Shown here piece after piece: positions 35,972 through 46,065 of a DNA stretch of 64,000 nucleotides (position 1 is the first letter of the stretch; every line of letters starts with the position of its first letter). Source of the stretch: a virus; IMG/VR virus record IMGVR_UViG_3300046694_000315, positions 42,047 through 106,046 of that record. One strand, written 5' to 3'. Below the pieces are notes generated by a model. That model worked only from the letters and a program-made list of their open reading frames with translations. It was not told where the DNA came from and ran no database searches. The translations under genes and the position numbers were made by a program.

Positions 35972-37951
35972 TTACTTTGCCTCCGACCAGCGGTCCACGA
36001 TCTTCACGTCGGAAGACAGCGGCACCTTGAGCAGTTTCTGGATGTCCTCGCCGAGCATGGCTTCCTTCACCAGAGCGGCGGCTTCCTCGGCGCGGTCCTC
36101 CGGAGCGAGCACCACGAGTTCGTCGTGCACGGAGAGGATCAGCCGGATCTCGTCCGGCAGGATGTTGTTCAGCCGGATCATGGCCAACTTGATCAGGTCG
36201 GCCGCACTGCCCTGGATCAGCGAGTTCACTGCCTGGCGCTCGGCTCCCATTCGCAGGCCGTTGTTCTGCGAGAGGATGAGCGGAAGGCGGCGCTTGCGGC
36301 CGAGCAGCGTGCGGATGTACGGAGGGCGCCGCGACCGGCAGACCCGTACGACTTCCTCCTTGAAGCGGTAGATCTCGGGGAACAACTTCCGGTGCATCTC
36401 CATGAAGCGCTTGGCGTCCTTGAGGGAGATCTTCGCCATGCTGGCGACCTTGTCCGGACCGGCGCCGTAGACGACAGCGAAGTTGATTCCCTTGGCGACC
36501 TGACGGAAGTCGATGCACTCCCGGTCGCCTGCCTTCACCCGCCGGACGAATTCCTGCGGGTCGATTCCCATCAGCGCGGCAGCGGTGGCCGAGTGAGGGT
36601 CGACGCCGTTGTGGAATCCCTTGTACAGATCGCCTCGGCCGATGAAGTGCGCGAGCACCACGAGTTCGATCTGTCCGTAGTCCGCGACGACCAGTTTGTA
36701 TCCGGCCGGTGCCACGAACAGTCCACGGATTCGCTTACCGAGTTCCGTGTCCGGACGGGGGATGTTCTGGAGGTTGGGTTCCCGGCAGGAGAATCGGCCC
36801 GTCACCGTTCCGTACTGGACGAAGTCGGCGTGGATCCGGCCGTCGAATATCCGGCACGGCTTCTTCGGGTCGTCCTCGATACCGAGGTAGGACAGCGGGT
36901 AGTCGAGCAGCTTGCTGACTTCGGCGTACTCCAGCAGCTTCTTGACGACCGCGTTGTTCTCGTGCTTTTCCAGGCTGTCGGCGTCGGTGGAGTAGTCCTT
37001 CCACTCCAGCTCCTGCCCGGCGTCCCGCTTCTTCTTGCCGCCGTCGGTCGGCTTGGTGGGGCGCAGGCCCTGGCCGCCGTCCTTCTTGGGCGCGTACAGC
37101 ACCTCGGCCTTCTGGGCCGGGGCGTTGAGGTTGAACTGCTTGCCCGCTGCGCGGTAGATGTCCGCTTCGATGTCCACCAGGCGCTCGGACATGTCGCGGA
37201 CCAGCTCGCGCATGGCCTGCTCGTCGACCGGTGCTCCGGTGATGCCCATGTCGAGCAGCACGCCGAGGACGTCCTCTTCCAGGCGCCGGACGTTGACCAG
37301 GGACTGGTCGTTGATCCGCTTCTGGAACTTCTTCCACAGCAGGTAGGTGTACTTCGCGTCCATGTACGCGTAGTGGGCGACCTTGGAGAAGGGGTGGGCC
37401 TCGACGCACTTGCCGACGTTCTCGGTGTCGTAGTCGACCTTGTAGTAGCGCTTGACGAGTTCCTTGAGGCCCTTCTGTTTCATATTTTCGTCCAACAACC
37501 ACTGCAAAACGATGGTGTCGGAGTACTTCGGGGGTGCGATCTCGCCCCAGTACTTCGCCGTGGAGATGAGGTCGAAGGTCGCGTTGTGCGCGATCTTGAT
37601 CTTGTCCTCGGCGAAGAACAGCGGCTTGAGGATGGAGAACACCTCGGAGGGGAGCATCTGCTCCGGCGGGGCGTCGTAGACGGCCGGGATGGCGTCGAAC
37701 TTCCCGGTGATCTTGTTCTTCTTCTTCGTGGCCTTGCTCAGCAGGACGTCGCCGTTGGGGTGGCCGAACGGGATGGCGTAGGCCTCGCCGTCGGTGGCCA
37801 GGCTCAGCCAGTTGGCGACGTTCTGGGTCGGGACACCTCGGTTGGCGCCGAAGGTCTCGATGTCGAAGGAGAAGGCCGACGCGCTCATGAAGCGGTCGAC
37901 CACGGTATGAAGTCGGTCGGGGGTGAGGATGACGCTGTTGCGGATGGCCAC
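35972..37951 (-). CDS. polA: family A DNA polymerase with 3'-5' exonuclease
   Basis: FDIET, HNATFD, YAYMD; TGRFS, ADYGQIEL, RQVAKGINF.VVYG, VHDE. Confidence 0.95.
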   Translation of the reverse strand: MAIRNSVILTPDRLHTVVDRFMSASAFSFDIETFGANRGVPTQNVANWLSLATDGEAYAIPFGHPNGDVLLSKATKKKNKITGKFDAIPAVYDAPPEQMLPSEVFSILKPLFFAEDKIKIAHNATFDLISTAKYWGEIAPPKYSDTIVLQWLLDENMKQKGLKELVKRYYKVDYDTENVGKCVEAHPFSKVAHYAYMDAKYTYLLWKKFQKRINDQSLVNVRRLEEDVLGVLLDMGITGAPVDEQAMRELVRDMSERLVDIEADIYRAAGKQFNLNAPAQKAEVLYAPKKDGGQGLRPTKPTDGGKKKRDAGQELEWKDYSTDADSLEKHENNAVVKKLLEYAEVSKLLDYPLSYLGIEDDPKKPCRIFDGRIHADFVQYGTVTGRFSCREPNLQNIPRPDTELGKRIRGLFVAPAGYKLVVADYGQIELVVLAHFIGRGDLYKGFHNGVDPHSATAAALMGIDPQEFVRRVKAGDRECIDFRQVAKGINFAVVYGAGPDKVASMAKISLKDAKRFMEMHRKLFPEIYRFKEEVVRVCRSRRPPYIRTLLGRKRRLPLILSQNNGLRMGAERQAVNSLIQGSAADLIKLAMIRLNNILPDEIRLILSVHDELVVLAPEDRAEEAAALVKEAMLGEDIQKLLKVPLSSDVKIVDRWSEAK

Positions 37952-38031
37952 GGGCGGTACCTCCTGGCGGTGTGGTGGGGAAGCTGAGGGGGAGGCCCCG
38001 GCGTGGTGCCAGAACCTCCCCCGGAGGCCGA

Positions 38032-38844
38032 TCAGTCGTTCAGGATCTCGCGGGCGATCGTCTTGAGTTCGTTGCGCGTGTTCACCTGGAGGACGTCCTC
38101 GTCGTAGGCCTTGTCGTCGAACTCCTCCAGGTCGTCCTCGGTGAGGGGCTCGATGTCCCAGTCGTCGGCGAGGTCGCGCTCCTTCACGGGGGTGATGTAG
38201 TAGGTGGTCTTGTTGTTCTTGCTCTGCTTGGAGACGGAGAAGTAGAGGTCGTCCCGGTTGATCGGGGCGGTCTTCTTGTCCTTGGAGTAGTTCTTGAGGA
38301 TGTCCGCGACCATCGGGCCGAACTGCCAGATCTTGATCTGCGGGTCGTCGGGGTCGGTGAAGTCCACGACGTTGAAGCAGACCTGCTGGGAGGGCTTGTC
38401 ACCCGCGTCGTCGCACAGCGGGCAGCGGGACTCCAGGCACGTCCAGGACCGCTTGCCCTTGCGCTCGATCCAGTGCTGGAGGAAGACCAGGAACGGCTCC
38501 TCGTCAAGGATCTTCACGACCACGGCCTCGCCGGTCACCTTGAAGTTCTCGGGGAAGGAGGACGTGGCGCTCTTGGTCTTCTCGTACGAGCCCCAGCCCT
38601 TGCCGCCGACCTTCGGGGCGGGCTCGTCGTCCTCGTCGTCGTCCTCCTCCTGGGAGCGGCGCGAGCGGCGGGAGGCGGGGGCCTCCTCGGTATGAAGCGA
38701 GTCGCGGCGCGAGCCCCGGCGGGAGCCGCGACGCGGCTGGTCGTCCTCGTCGTCGTCCGGGAGGTTGCTGTCCTCCGGCTCGTCGGCGGGGGTGTACGCC
38801 TCGGTGGACGCAGCGGTGCGGCGGCGGGTGAGGGTGCGGGGCAT
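38032..38844 (-). CDS. single-stranded DNA-binding protein-like
   Basis: QHW...C...CPLC Zn site, acidic termini, next to polymerase. Confidence 0.65.
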   Translation of the reverse strand: MPRTLTRRRTAASTEAYTPADEPEDSNLPDDDEDDQPRRGSRRGSRRDSLHTEEAPASRRSRRSQEEDDDEDDEPAPKVGGKGWGSYEKTKSATSSFPENFKVTGEAVVVKILDEEPFLVFLQHWIERKGKRSWTCLESRCPLCDDAGDKPSQQVCFNVVDFTDPDDPQIKIWQFGPMVADILKNYSKDKKTAPINRDDLYFSVSKQSKNNKTTYYITPVKERDLADDWDIEPLTEDDLEEFDDKAYDEDVLQVNTRNELKTIAREILND

Positions 38845-39083
38845 CAGGTGTTCTCCTGCTGGTAGAGATGGATGTACGACTTGTCCTCGGCTGTGTTCAG
38901 CCGGGCCTCTTCGACGTCGGCGGCCAGCGCGGTGGCCAGGTACTCGGAGGCGAAGTTTTCGAGGGTGTCGGCGCTCTGCGGTCCGGGGAGGTCATCGGAG
39001 TCGACCTCGATCTCGGCGCCGAACTCGACCCACTCGAAGTTGCCCATGCTGACGTGGTGCTTGGCGCTGCGGGTGATCTTCAC
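38844..39083 (-). CDS. hypothetical protein
   Basis: GTG 39083; VSMGNFEWVEF. Confidence 0.65.
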   Translation of the reverse strand: MKITRSAKHHVSMGNFEWVEFGAEIEVDSDDLPGPQSADTLENFASEYLATALAADVEEARLNTAEDKSYIHLYQQENT

Positions 39084-39541
39084 TGCTCGGCCAGCCTCTT
39101 GAAGAGGTCGATGACGCGGGCGGTGAAGTTGGTGCCCTTGATCGGCTTCTGGTGGGAGACCAGGACGCCTTCCTCGTGCGCGATGCGGACGATGCCCTCG
39201 ACCTGTTCGCGGGTGTAGAGGCGGCGACGGCCGCGCACGTCGTCGTCCCGTCCGGGTGACTGGAAGGTGGACTTGGGGATGATCCCCTCGCGCTCCCACT
39301 TGCGGATGGTCACCGGCTGGCGGCCCAGGGCCCGGCCGAGTTGGCCGACGGTGAAGAACTCGGTCTCGACGCCGCCCACGTTGTACCTGCGGGGCTTGGC
39401 GTCCCAGTCGGCCGCCGACGGGGCGGCCTTGGTATGAAGTCCGTTGCGGTTCTGGTGGCGGACGATCGGCTTGGTGGAGCCGGGGTAGAACTGCTCCCCG
39501 ATCTCGGCGAAGTCCTGCTCGATGCTGGCGAGGCTGCTCAT
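39080..39541 (-). CDS. MerR-like HTH DNA-binding protein
   Basis: FTVGQLGRALGRQPVTIRKWEREGIIP...RRLYTREQV. Confidence 0.85.
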   Translation of the reverse strand: MSSLASIEQDFAEIGEQFYPGSTKPIVRHQNRNGLHTKAAPSAADWDAKPRRYNVGGVETEFFTVGQLGRALGRQPVTIRKWEREGIIPKSTFQSPGRDDDVRGRRRLYTREQVEGIVRIAHEEGVLVSHQKPIKGTNFTARVIDLFKRLAEQ

Positions 39542-39554
39542 GTGGTGGTTCTCC

Positions 39555-40031
39555 TCAGCCCTGGAGCGGCTTGAAGGCGTACGAGACGTTCTCGGTGAAC
39601 AGGGCGTCGAGTTCCTCGTCGGAGATGACGCCCTCCTGGTTGAGGACGTACAACTCGTCCTGGTCCAGGACCGTGGTGGTGACTTCCTTGTAGACGCGGT
39701 CGCGGATGCCCTTCTCGTTGACCAGGGTCTCGACGGCGTCCTCGTCCAGGCCGACGGAGGTGCGCTTCTCGCGCTTGACCTCGGTGAAGCGCTGGCCGTT
39801 GACCTCGATGGGCGCCGGGAGTTTCCAGAACTTGGAGCCCTTCTCGTCGGTCTCCCCGGTGGCGTCCACGAAGGCGCTGATCTCGTCGCGCAGGTGGTTC
39901 TTGCGGGTGACGACCTGGGTCTCCTGGAACTTCAGGACCAGGAACTGCCGGACCTTCTCGATGGGGTTCTCGGGGTCGAGGTTGATGGGCTTCTCGACTC
40001 GGCGGGTGGTACGTCTCTGGACGGTAGCCAT
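39555..40031 (-). CDS. hypothetical protein
   Basis: 158 aa; promoter TCGACA-17bp-TAGAGT at 40108-40080. Confidence 0.75.
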   Translation of the reverse strand: MATVQRRTTRRVEKPINLDPENPIEKVRQFLVLKFQETQVVTRKNHLRDEISAFVDATGETDEKGSKFWKLPAPIEVNGQRFTEVKREKRTSVGLDEDAVETLVNEKGIRDRVYKEVTTTVLDQDELYVLNQEGVISDEELDALFTENVSYAFKPLQG

Positions 40032-40125
40032 AGAGCGGGTGCTCTCTTTCTTCCGGAGTAGTTGGTCGATCGAGTAGTGACTCTACACTACGGAATCACT
40101 GTTGTCGATTCATGATTACGGCTTC

Positions 40126-40503
40126 TTAGTACGTAACCTCGTCGACTCGCGAGGGGACCGACTGGCCCAACCGGGTGGTGCGGCGGTCGGCGTACCGGCG
40201 GGCGTCGGCGTCCGTCTGGTCGCGGCGCACGTCCGTCTCTGCAACGTCCTGGTAGACGGTGACGACGCGCTTCTCGGCCGGGTCCACGATGGCCACGAGG
40301 TCCCCCCGAACGTGCCGAACCTGTCCAGGAACGCGGCCCGAGGGGTAGGTATGAAGCGGCTCGTTGGCCGCGAGAAGAACGTCCGCGCTGGTCCAGCCCT
40401 TGGCTGCGGCCTGCTGCTGCGCGTGGTGGGTCAGCCGGTAGGTCGGCGCGTCGGTGACTGGCGCGGACCAGGTGATGCCGAGGCATTCTGCGATGGTGGC
40501 CAT
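40126..40503 (-). CDS. DUF4258/RelE-like putative ribonuclease
   Basis: LTHHAQQQ...GW....V...P...LVAIVD...VVTVY. Confidence 0.55.
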   Translation of the reverse strand: MATIAECLGITWSAPVTDAPTYRLTHHAQQQAAAKGWTSADVLLAANEPLHTYPSGRVPGQVRHVRGDLVAIVDPAEKRVVTVYQDVAETDVRRDQTDADARRYADRRTTRLGQSVPSRVDEVTY

Positions 40504-40548
40504 CTCGGTCTCCTCTGTTCGATTTGCTGTTCGAACCTTGTGAGGAAG

Positions 40549-40577
40549 ACACTACGTAGCACTCCGGCATATGTCAA
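40549..40577 (-). promoter_or_regulatory. sigma70/HrdB-type promoter
   Basis: TTGACA-17bp-TAGTGT. Confidence 0.75.
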
Positions 40578-40804
40578 CGACTTTGCGTCATCCATTTGAC
40601 AAGTTCACCAGAGGTCGGCGACAGCACCACGCCGAGCCAGGCGGACGGGGGTCAGATCCCAGTCCTCCTGCTCCTCGGGAGGGCGTATGACATCCTCCAG
40701 CCCCTCACGGAGCAGGACGTCGAGCGGTTCTTCTCGCATAGCTTGATATTGACATGCCGCTACGGCTTTAGAACCACTCGACGTCCGCCATGAGATCCTG
40801 AAAG

Positions 40805-42448
40805 TTACGCCGCTTCCAGGCACTGCGTCAGGGTCACCAGGTCGTTCTCGATGCGCCCCTTGTCGTCCGCACCACGACCGTCGGTAATGGCCGAACCCAC
40901 CCGCCTCTTGTGCGCGAGCATGGCGTACTTCCTGGGCTCCGTGGTGCCCTGCGTGATCGCGTTCAGCACGTAGATGTTCTTGAACAGGCTGCTGGCGCGG
41001 TCGTGCCTCTTGTTGATCTGGTCCTGCTTGCCGGACGACCAGGCCAGGTCGTAGTTGATCAGGTAGTTCGCCATCCACAGGTCGGTGCCGAAGGCTCCGG
41101 CGTGGCTGGAGAGGAACACCCGGCAGCCCTCCTCCGTCTCGAACCGGCTCGCCGCGTAGGCCTTGGCCCCGGCGCTCATCCGGCCCGTGTACGTGACGGC
41201 CACACCCTCCGGCAGACGCTCGGCGATCAGGTCGAGCATGTCCGGGTTGACCGAGAAGACGATCACCTTGTTCTTCGGCGTGGCCAGGATGTCCGTCACT
41301 GTCTCTACCACCGCGTCCAGTTTGGGGGTAGCGGTGACATCGTCGAGCACGCCGTCCTGCCACACCTCATAGGCGTACTTCGAGCCGGGCCAGGTCTTCT
41401 TCACGGCACCGCCCTGCCTCGCCTGCTCGCTCTCCTCGTACCGTTGCCCGGACATCACGATGAGGTCCGGGTGGTTCAGCAGCATGTCGAGCGCCTGCAT
41501 GCGGGACATGATCTTGCCCTGCTGGCTGTTCTCGTTCGGGGTGTCCCCGCCGTGGTAGTGGGCGAACAGGTCGAAGTCCGTCGTGTTGGGTCCGAGCGCG
41601 TGCAGCTCGGCCAGCAGGTCGGCGGAGATCCGCTTGTAGGCCTTCTTCGTCTTGGGGTCCAGCGTCACCGGGATGGTGCTCTCCTGGACCTGCGGAAGGT
41701 ACGGCTTGACGTCGTCGTCCATGCGGGTCTTGCGCACCATAGCGTCGGCCAGTTTGGCGTGCAGGACGGGCAGATTCTTGTAGTGCTGCACGCCTCCGAA
41801 CTTGTTGCGGACGATGTAGGTCTTGTCGTACAGGTCGAACCGGCCCAGCACGGTGTCGTCGACCCACTGCATGATGCTGAACAACTCCTCCGGCCGCCCG
41901 TTCTCCACCGGGGTGCCGGTGAGCGCGTAGCGGTACGGCGCGGTGAGCCGCTTGATCTTCCGTGTGCGCTGGGCCTTGAACGTCTTGATGGCAGTCGCCT
42001 CGTCCAGCACGATGCACTCGGGCTTGATCCGGCGGACGTAGTTCCAGTCGTTGACGACGTTCTCGTAGCCCATGATCACGAAGTCCGGCCGGTACGTCTT
42101 CACCTTGACGTACTGACCGGCCCGCTTCTTGGTGTCGCCGTCGATGAGGATGCAGTAGTCCTCCGTCGGCACGGTGATCTCCTGGGTCTGGCCGTCCTCG
42201 CGCACCTTGATGACCCGGGTGGGAACGTCGGTGAGTTTGGCGATCTGCTTGGCCCACTGGTACTTCAGCGAGGCCGGGACCACGATGACGGCGGTCTCGA
42301 CCTCGCCCTCGGCCAGCAGCTCCTCGATGGCGGCCAGGGCGATGGGCGTCTTGCCCAGGCCCATCTCGTAGGCGATGAGGAGCGACCCGCGCTCGACGGC
42401 GCGGGCCACAGCATCCTCCTGGTACGGGTGCAGGTCGATGTTCAGCAC
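40805..42448 (-). CDS. SNF2-family helicase
   Basis: GTG 42448; EMGLGKT, LDEA, LTGTP, GTDL, Q...R..R. Confidence 0.9.
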   Translation of the reverse strand: MLNIDLHPYQEDAVARAVERGSLLIAYEMGLGKTPIALAAIEELLAEGEVETAVIVVPASLKYQWAKQIAKLTDVPTRVIKVREDGQTQEITVPTEDYCILIDGDTKKRAGQYVKVKTYRPDFVIMGYENVVNDWNYVRRIKPECIVLDEATAIKTFKAQRTRKIKRLTAPYRYALTGTPVENGRPEELFSIMQWVDDTVLGRFDLYDKTYIVRNKFGGVQHYKNLPVLHAKLADAMVRKTRMDDDVKPYLPQVQESTIPVTLDPKTKKAYKRISADLLAELHALGPNTTDFDLFAHYHGGDTPNENSQQGKIMSRMQALDMLLNHPDLIVMSGQRYEESEQARQGGAVKKTWPGSKYAYEVWQDGVLDDVTATPKLDAVVETVTDILATPKNKVIVFSVNPDMLDLIAERLPEGVAVTYTGRMSAGAKAYAASRFETEEGCRVFLSSHAGAFGTDLWMANYLINYDLAWSSGKQDQINKRHDRASSLFKNIYVLNAITQGTTEPRKYAMLAHKRRVGSAITDGRGADDKGRIENDLVTLTQCLEAA

Positions 42449-42735
42449 TGGGAGTACTGCCGATCGAACTGCCCCCGTGTGCGCGGTCGGCGGGCGAAGG
42501 GGACGCCCGGGGTGTAGTGCCCCTCCTGGATGTGGTCGGGGTTGGCGCACATCCGCCGGGTACACGCGCGGTGCTTCTGCCCGGCGCCTCCGGTGATGAA
42601 CGACAGCAGGCTCTGGCCCCGGTAGGTAGGCCGCGTCGCGGTCGACTGGAAGATCAGGCATGCGGAGTCCGGGTCGGGCTCGACGCGGTCCCAGAAGGCC
42701 TGTCCCAGGTGCTCGTAGCCTTCAGGCGCCAGCAT
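42442..42735 (-). CDS. degenerate HNH-like small protein
   Basis: FWDRV...CLIF...HRAC...CANPDHI. Confidence 0.55.
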   Translation of the reverse strand: MLAPEGYEHLGQAFWDRVEPDPDSACLIFQSTATRPTYRGQSLLSFITGGAGQKHRACTRRMCANPDHIQEGHYTPGVPFARRPRTRGQFDRQYSQC

Positions 42736-42919
42736 TCGCGGCCTCCTGGTGGGTCATGTGGAAGCCACGGCACCTGGGGCACTCGTAGACGCGCACCGGC
42801 AGGAACTCGCGGGTGCTGTCCTTCTTGCGCTGGATCCGCTGCATGTCGAGCAGCGCGGAGACGCGGTCGGGGAAGCGGCGCTTGCCGCAGGTATGAAGTC
42901 GGCGCTTGTTGTAGGGCAT
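42722..42919 (-). CDS. small zinc-finger protein
   Basis: CGKRRF...VYECPRCRGFHMT. Confidence 0.7.
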   Translation of the reverse strand: MPYNKRRLHTCGKRRFPDRVSALLDMQRIQRKKDSTREFLPVRVYECPRCRGFHMTHQEAANAGA

Positions 42920-42929
42920 GACGGGCTCC

Positions 42930-43886
42930 TTAGAACCGTGCGAGGACGGATGAGTAGGCGTTGTCGACGGCGTAGGTGATCTCGCTGTCGGTCATGTCTC
43001 CGGGGTCCTTGGCGGACGTGTGGGAGTAGTCGAGGAAGCGCAGGGTCAGGCCTCGTCCGACCCACTCCTTGCGCAGCCGGGCGCAGGCCTCGACTCCGGC
43101 CTTGTCGTTGTCCAGGGCGATGACGACGGTGTCGAAGTGGTCGCGGATCAGGGACATCTGGGCGTCGGAGACTCCGGCGCCGAAGGCGGCCAGCCCGGCC
43201 TTGTATCCCGCCGCGCGCAGCCGGGCCACGTCGAGGGGCGACTCGACCAGGATGGCCAGGTCGTCCTCGTAGGTATGAAGCCCGAAGAGGGTCTTGGACT
43301 TCGTCATGGAGTTGGGCCGGTTGCGGAAGTAGCGGGAGTTCTTCTCCTGCCAGCCCCAGAGCATGCCGGTGTCGGGGCAGCGCACCGGGACGATCCACAT
43401 GTCGCGCTTGGGATCCCAGAGCACTCCGGCGGCCTCGGCGTCCTGGGGGAAGAACATGCGCTCTGCGCAAGCGGCCAGCGGCGGGGTCACGTACAGGGCC
43501 AGCGAGGCCTCATTGATGTGCTTGGTCGTGTCGACCTGGCTCGGCTGCTTCTTCGCCAGGAACTTCTTCACCCGCTCGATGCCGCCGCGCCCGCGCACCC
43601 ACACCGCCGCGTCGCTGTACGGGATGTCGAGCACGTCCTTGACCAGGACGACGAACGGGCCCCGGTAGCCGCAGGAGAAGCAGTTGAAATAGCCAGCGTC
43701 GGAGTTGATAGAGAAGGATGGGTGCTTGTCTTTCTTTCCCGTCCGCGCCTCGTGCATGGGGCACGGCATATGAATCTCGTCGCCGTTCACCTTGTAGTCG
43801 AGACCGATCTCGTCCAAGCAGGCGGTGACGTTTCCCGGAATGGGGGTGCCTACTGCGTCCCAGCCCTTGGCTTTCGCTCGGACCAT
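42930..43886 (-). CDS. dnaG: DNA primase (CHC2 Zn finger plus TOPRIM)
   Basis: CPMH...PSFSIN...CFSC; VESPLD; LDNDKAG. Confidence 0.9.
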   Translation of the reverse strand: MVRAKAKGWDAVGTPIPGNVTACLDEIGLDYKVNGDEIHMPCPMHEARTGKKDKHPSFSINSDAGYFNCFSCGYRGPFVVLVKDVLDIPYSDAAVWVRGRGGIERVKKFLAKKQPSQVDTTKHINEASLALYVTPPLAACAERMFFPQDAEAAGVLWDPKRDMWIVPVRCPDTGMLWGWQEKNSRYFRNRPNSMTKSKTLFGLHTYEDDLAILVESPLDVARLRAAGYKAGLAAFGAGVSDAQMSLIRDHFDTVVIALDNDKAGVEACARLRKEWVGRGLTLRFLDYSHTSAKDPGDMTDSEITYAVDNAYSSVLARF

Positions 43887-44134
43887 TACTGATACCTCTT
43901 TTCCACATGCTTCAGGTAGTCGTACATTTCCCACGCCTGCGGCCCCCGGTCAGCCCAGGTTCCGTAGGTGAGGACCCTGATATGCCCGAGGCCCCTGATC
44001 CGGTGCATTTCGCTGGCGTATATCAGATTCTGGTCACGGGGATTACGGTTGTTCTCCCGGCACCAGAACAGGAACTCCCGGTAGTTCCCGGCGAGGACCA
44101 CCAGGCGGGGCTCAGAAGGCGCCGACGTATCCAT
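43886..44134 (-). CDS. hypothetical protein
   Basis: ATG 44134; stop coupled to primase start. Confidence 0.55.
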   Translation of the reverse strand: MDTSAPSEPRLVVLAGNYREFLFWCRENNRNPRDQNLIYASEMHRIRGLGHIRVLTYGTWADRGPQAWEMYDYLKHVEKRYQ

Positions 44135-45377
44135 CGGTGTTCTCCTCGTCCATGGCGAAGGGGTCCTCGTTGAGTTCCTCGAACTTGCCGGTCTCCCAGT
44201 CCCACTGGCAGTAGGTCTCCAGGGGCGGGCAGTTACGGGCCAGGACGACCTTGATCTTGTTGATGTTCGCGTCCTCCGTGGACTCGACACCGAGGATCAC
44301 GTCGGAGTCCTGGGCGAAGGAGGACGAATATCCGATGGAGTCAGACGTGATGCCCTTCTTCTTGTTCATCTTCCATTCCAGGACCTGCGTGGAAATGACG
44401 ATCGGGAGTTGCAGGTTCTTCGCCATGCGCTTGAATCCTCGGGTGAGGTTGGTAAGCGCCTGGCTGGATCCCTGAGCCTCGCCGAGTTCGTCCTGCATCA
44501 TGTAGATGCCGTCCACGAATACGATCGTCGGCTTGATGTGGTCGATCTTCGACTGCACACCGGTAAGCGTCGTCGCATTCATGGAGTCCGAGGAAAGGAA
44601 GAACGAAGGCATAGCCTCCAGTTCCCGCAAGGCCCTTTCGAGTTTGTCCCACTCGGCCTTCTTGAGCGTTCCATTCCTCAGCCGGGCGTGGGAAATCCCC
44701 GCGCGAATGGCGTCGAAGCGTTCCTCCTGCTCCTCGTTGCTCATCTCGAAGCCGATGAACAGCGGGCGCTCGCCGTGCAGGTGGGCGGCCATGGCGGCCA
44801 GCAGGAGCAGCGTCGACTTACCGGCCTTCGGCGGGCCGACGAAGGTGACCAACTGCTCCTTCTGGAGGCCCTGGGTGGCCCTGTCGATCGTCGTAAAGCC
44901 GGTGGGGATCCCCCGGAGCCCGTCGGGCAGGTCCTTGAGCGTGAGGTACCGCGCGAGGCGCTGCTGGCCGGTCTCCGTCAGGTCAGTGTCGCGGGCGTTG
45001 GGTACGGCCGAGGCGATGTCCGCCAGGGTCTTGTGCAGGGCCGCCATCGCGGCCAGCGCGTCGCCCTCTTCGTGTGCGTCGACCGAGTCGGCCAGGCCCT
45101 GCTCCAGCAGGGCCAAAGTATGAAGTTCCCGCAGCCGGTCGGTCAGCACGTTCATGCTGTCCTCGACCTTGACGAACTTGTAGGTGGGGAAGTCCGTCTT
45201 GATCGTGGCCAGGGACGGCACCTCACCGTAGGTGCCCTTGTGCCGCAGGATCGCCTTGAAGACGGCCCGGTTGTCCGGGTCGCCGAAGAAGTCGGGGGTG
45301 ATGCCCGCGTCCGCGACGTCAGTCAGGTCCTTGTCCTGGATGACGCGGGAGACGAGCAGCCGCTCGAAGTCCGCCAC
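44112..45377 (-). CDS. dnaB: DnaB-like replicative helicase
   Basis: GPPKAGKS, FEMS, VFVDGIYMM, STQ, QDSD. Confidence 0.92.
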   Translation of the reverse strand: MADFERLLVSRVIQDKDLTDVADAGITPDFFGDPDNRAVFKAILRHKGTYGEVPSLATIKTDFPTYKFVKVEDSMNVLTDRLRELHTLALLEQGLADSVDAHEEGDALAAMAALHKTLADIASAVPNARDTDLTETGQQRLARYLTLKDLPDGLRGIPTGFTTIDRATQGLQKEQLVTFVGPPKAGKSTLLLLAAMAAHLHGERPLFIGFEMSNEEQEERFDAIRAGISHARLRNGTLKKAEWDKLERALRELEAMPSFFLSSDSMNATTLTGVQSKIDHIKPTIVFVDGIYMMQDELGEAQGSSQALTNLTRGFKRMAKNLQLPIVISTQVLEWKMNKKKGITSDSIGYSSSFAQDSDVILGVESTEDANINKIKVVLARNCPPLETYCQWDWETGKFEELNEDPFAMDEENTDGYVGAF

Positions 45378-45820
45378 TACATGGCTCCGATCAGGGTGGT
45401 GGGTACGGCCGGGAGCATGCGCCCCTTGCTGCCGTAGATCAGGTGGTGTTCGTTGTCGAAGATCGCTGCGACGTCCGGCATGTGTGCCAGGCGGCGGGCC
45501 AGCTTCTTCGGCTCGTCGGCCCAGATGCGGCCGATGGGCAGGCCCTCGATGTCCAGGCGCCATTCCAGGGCCTCGGCGAACTCGTCGCCCAGGTAGGTGA
45601 TGACGTCGACCGAGTACCGGTGGCGCCAGACCGTGTCCCAGATGACGTGGGCCAGCGGCTCGTTGATCTCGTAGGCCTTCACCGCGCGCTTCCACTGGTG
45701 AGCGCGGCGGGCCACGGCTTCGCCAGCTCGGGTACGTGCGGTGGGCAGGTTGCCCAGGAGGCCTTCGAAGACGACGACCAGGCGCGGGGAGACCTCGTTG
45801 CTTATGTCCCCGCCCTGCAT
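45377..45820 (-). CDS. degenerate HAD-like protein
   Basis: LVVVFEGLL; VDVITY. Confidence 0.55.
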   Translation of the reverse strand: MQGGDISNEVSPRLVVVFEGLLGNLPTARTRAGEAVARRAHQWKRAVKAYEINEPLAHVIWDTVWRHRYSVDVITYLGDEFAEALEWRLDIEGLPIGRIWADEPKKLARRLAHMPDVAAIFDNEHHLIYGSKGRMLPAVPTTLIGAM

Positions 45821-46065
45821 CAGGTTCGCTCCGCGTCCGCGCGGAGCCAGATATGAAGCCGGTTGCCCCGGACCTCGCGCCGGTCGCTGTAGCGGAAGGG
45901 CCGGAAGCCGAGACTCTTGGCGCGGGCCCAGGCCAGGCGCTTCAGCATGCTGACGGTGTGCTGCTGCTCGGGGAACCTGCCGGTGATCGTCGACAGGATC
46001 TCGTCTTTGTAGACAACTGACAAAATCTCGTCCTCGAAGGGGAGGACCATCTGCTCATGCTGCAC
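45820..46065 (-). CDS. hypothetical protein
   Basis: 81 aa, internal EDEILS/KDEILS duplication. Confidence 0.5.
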   Translation of the reverse strand: MQHEQMVLPFEDEILSVVYKDEILSTITGRFPEQQHTVSMLKRLAWARAKSLGFRPFRYSDRREVRGNRLHIWLRADAERT

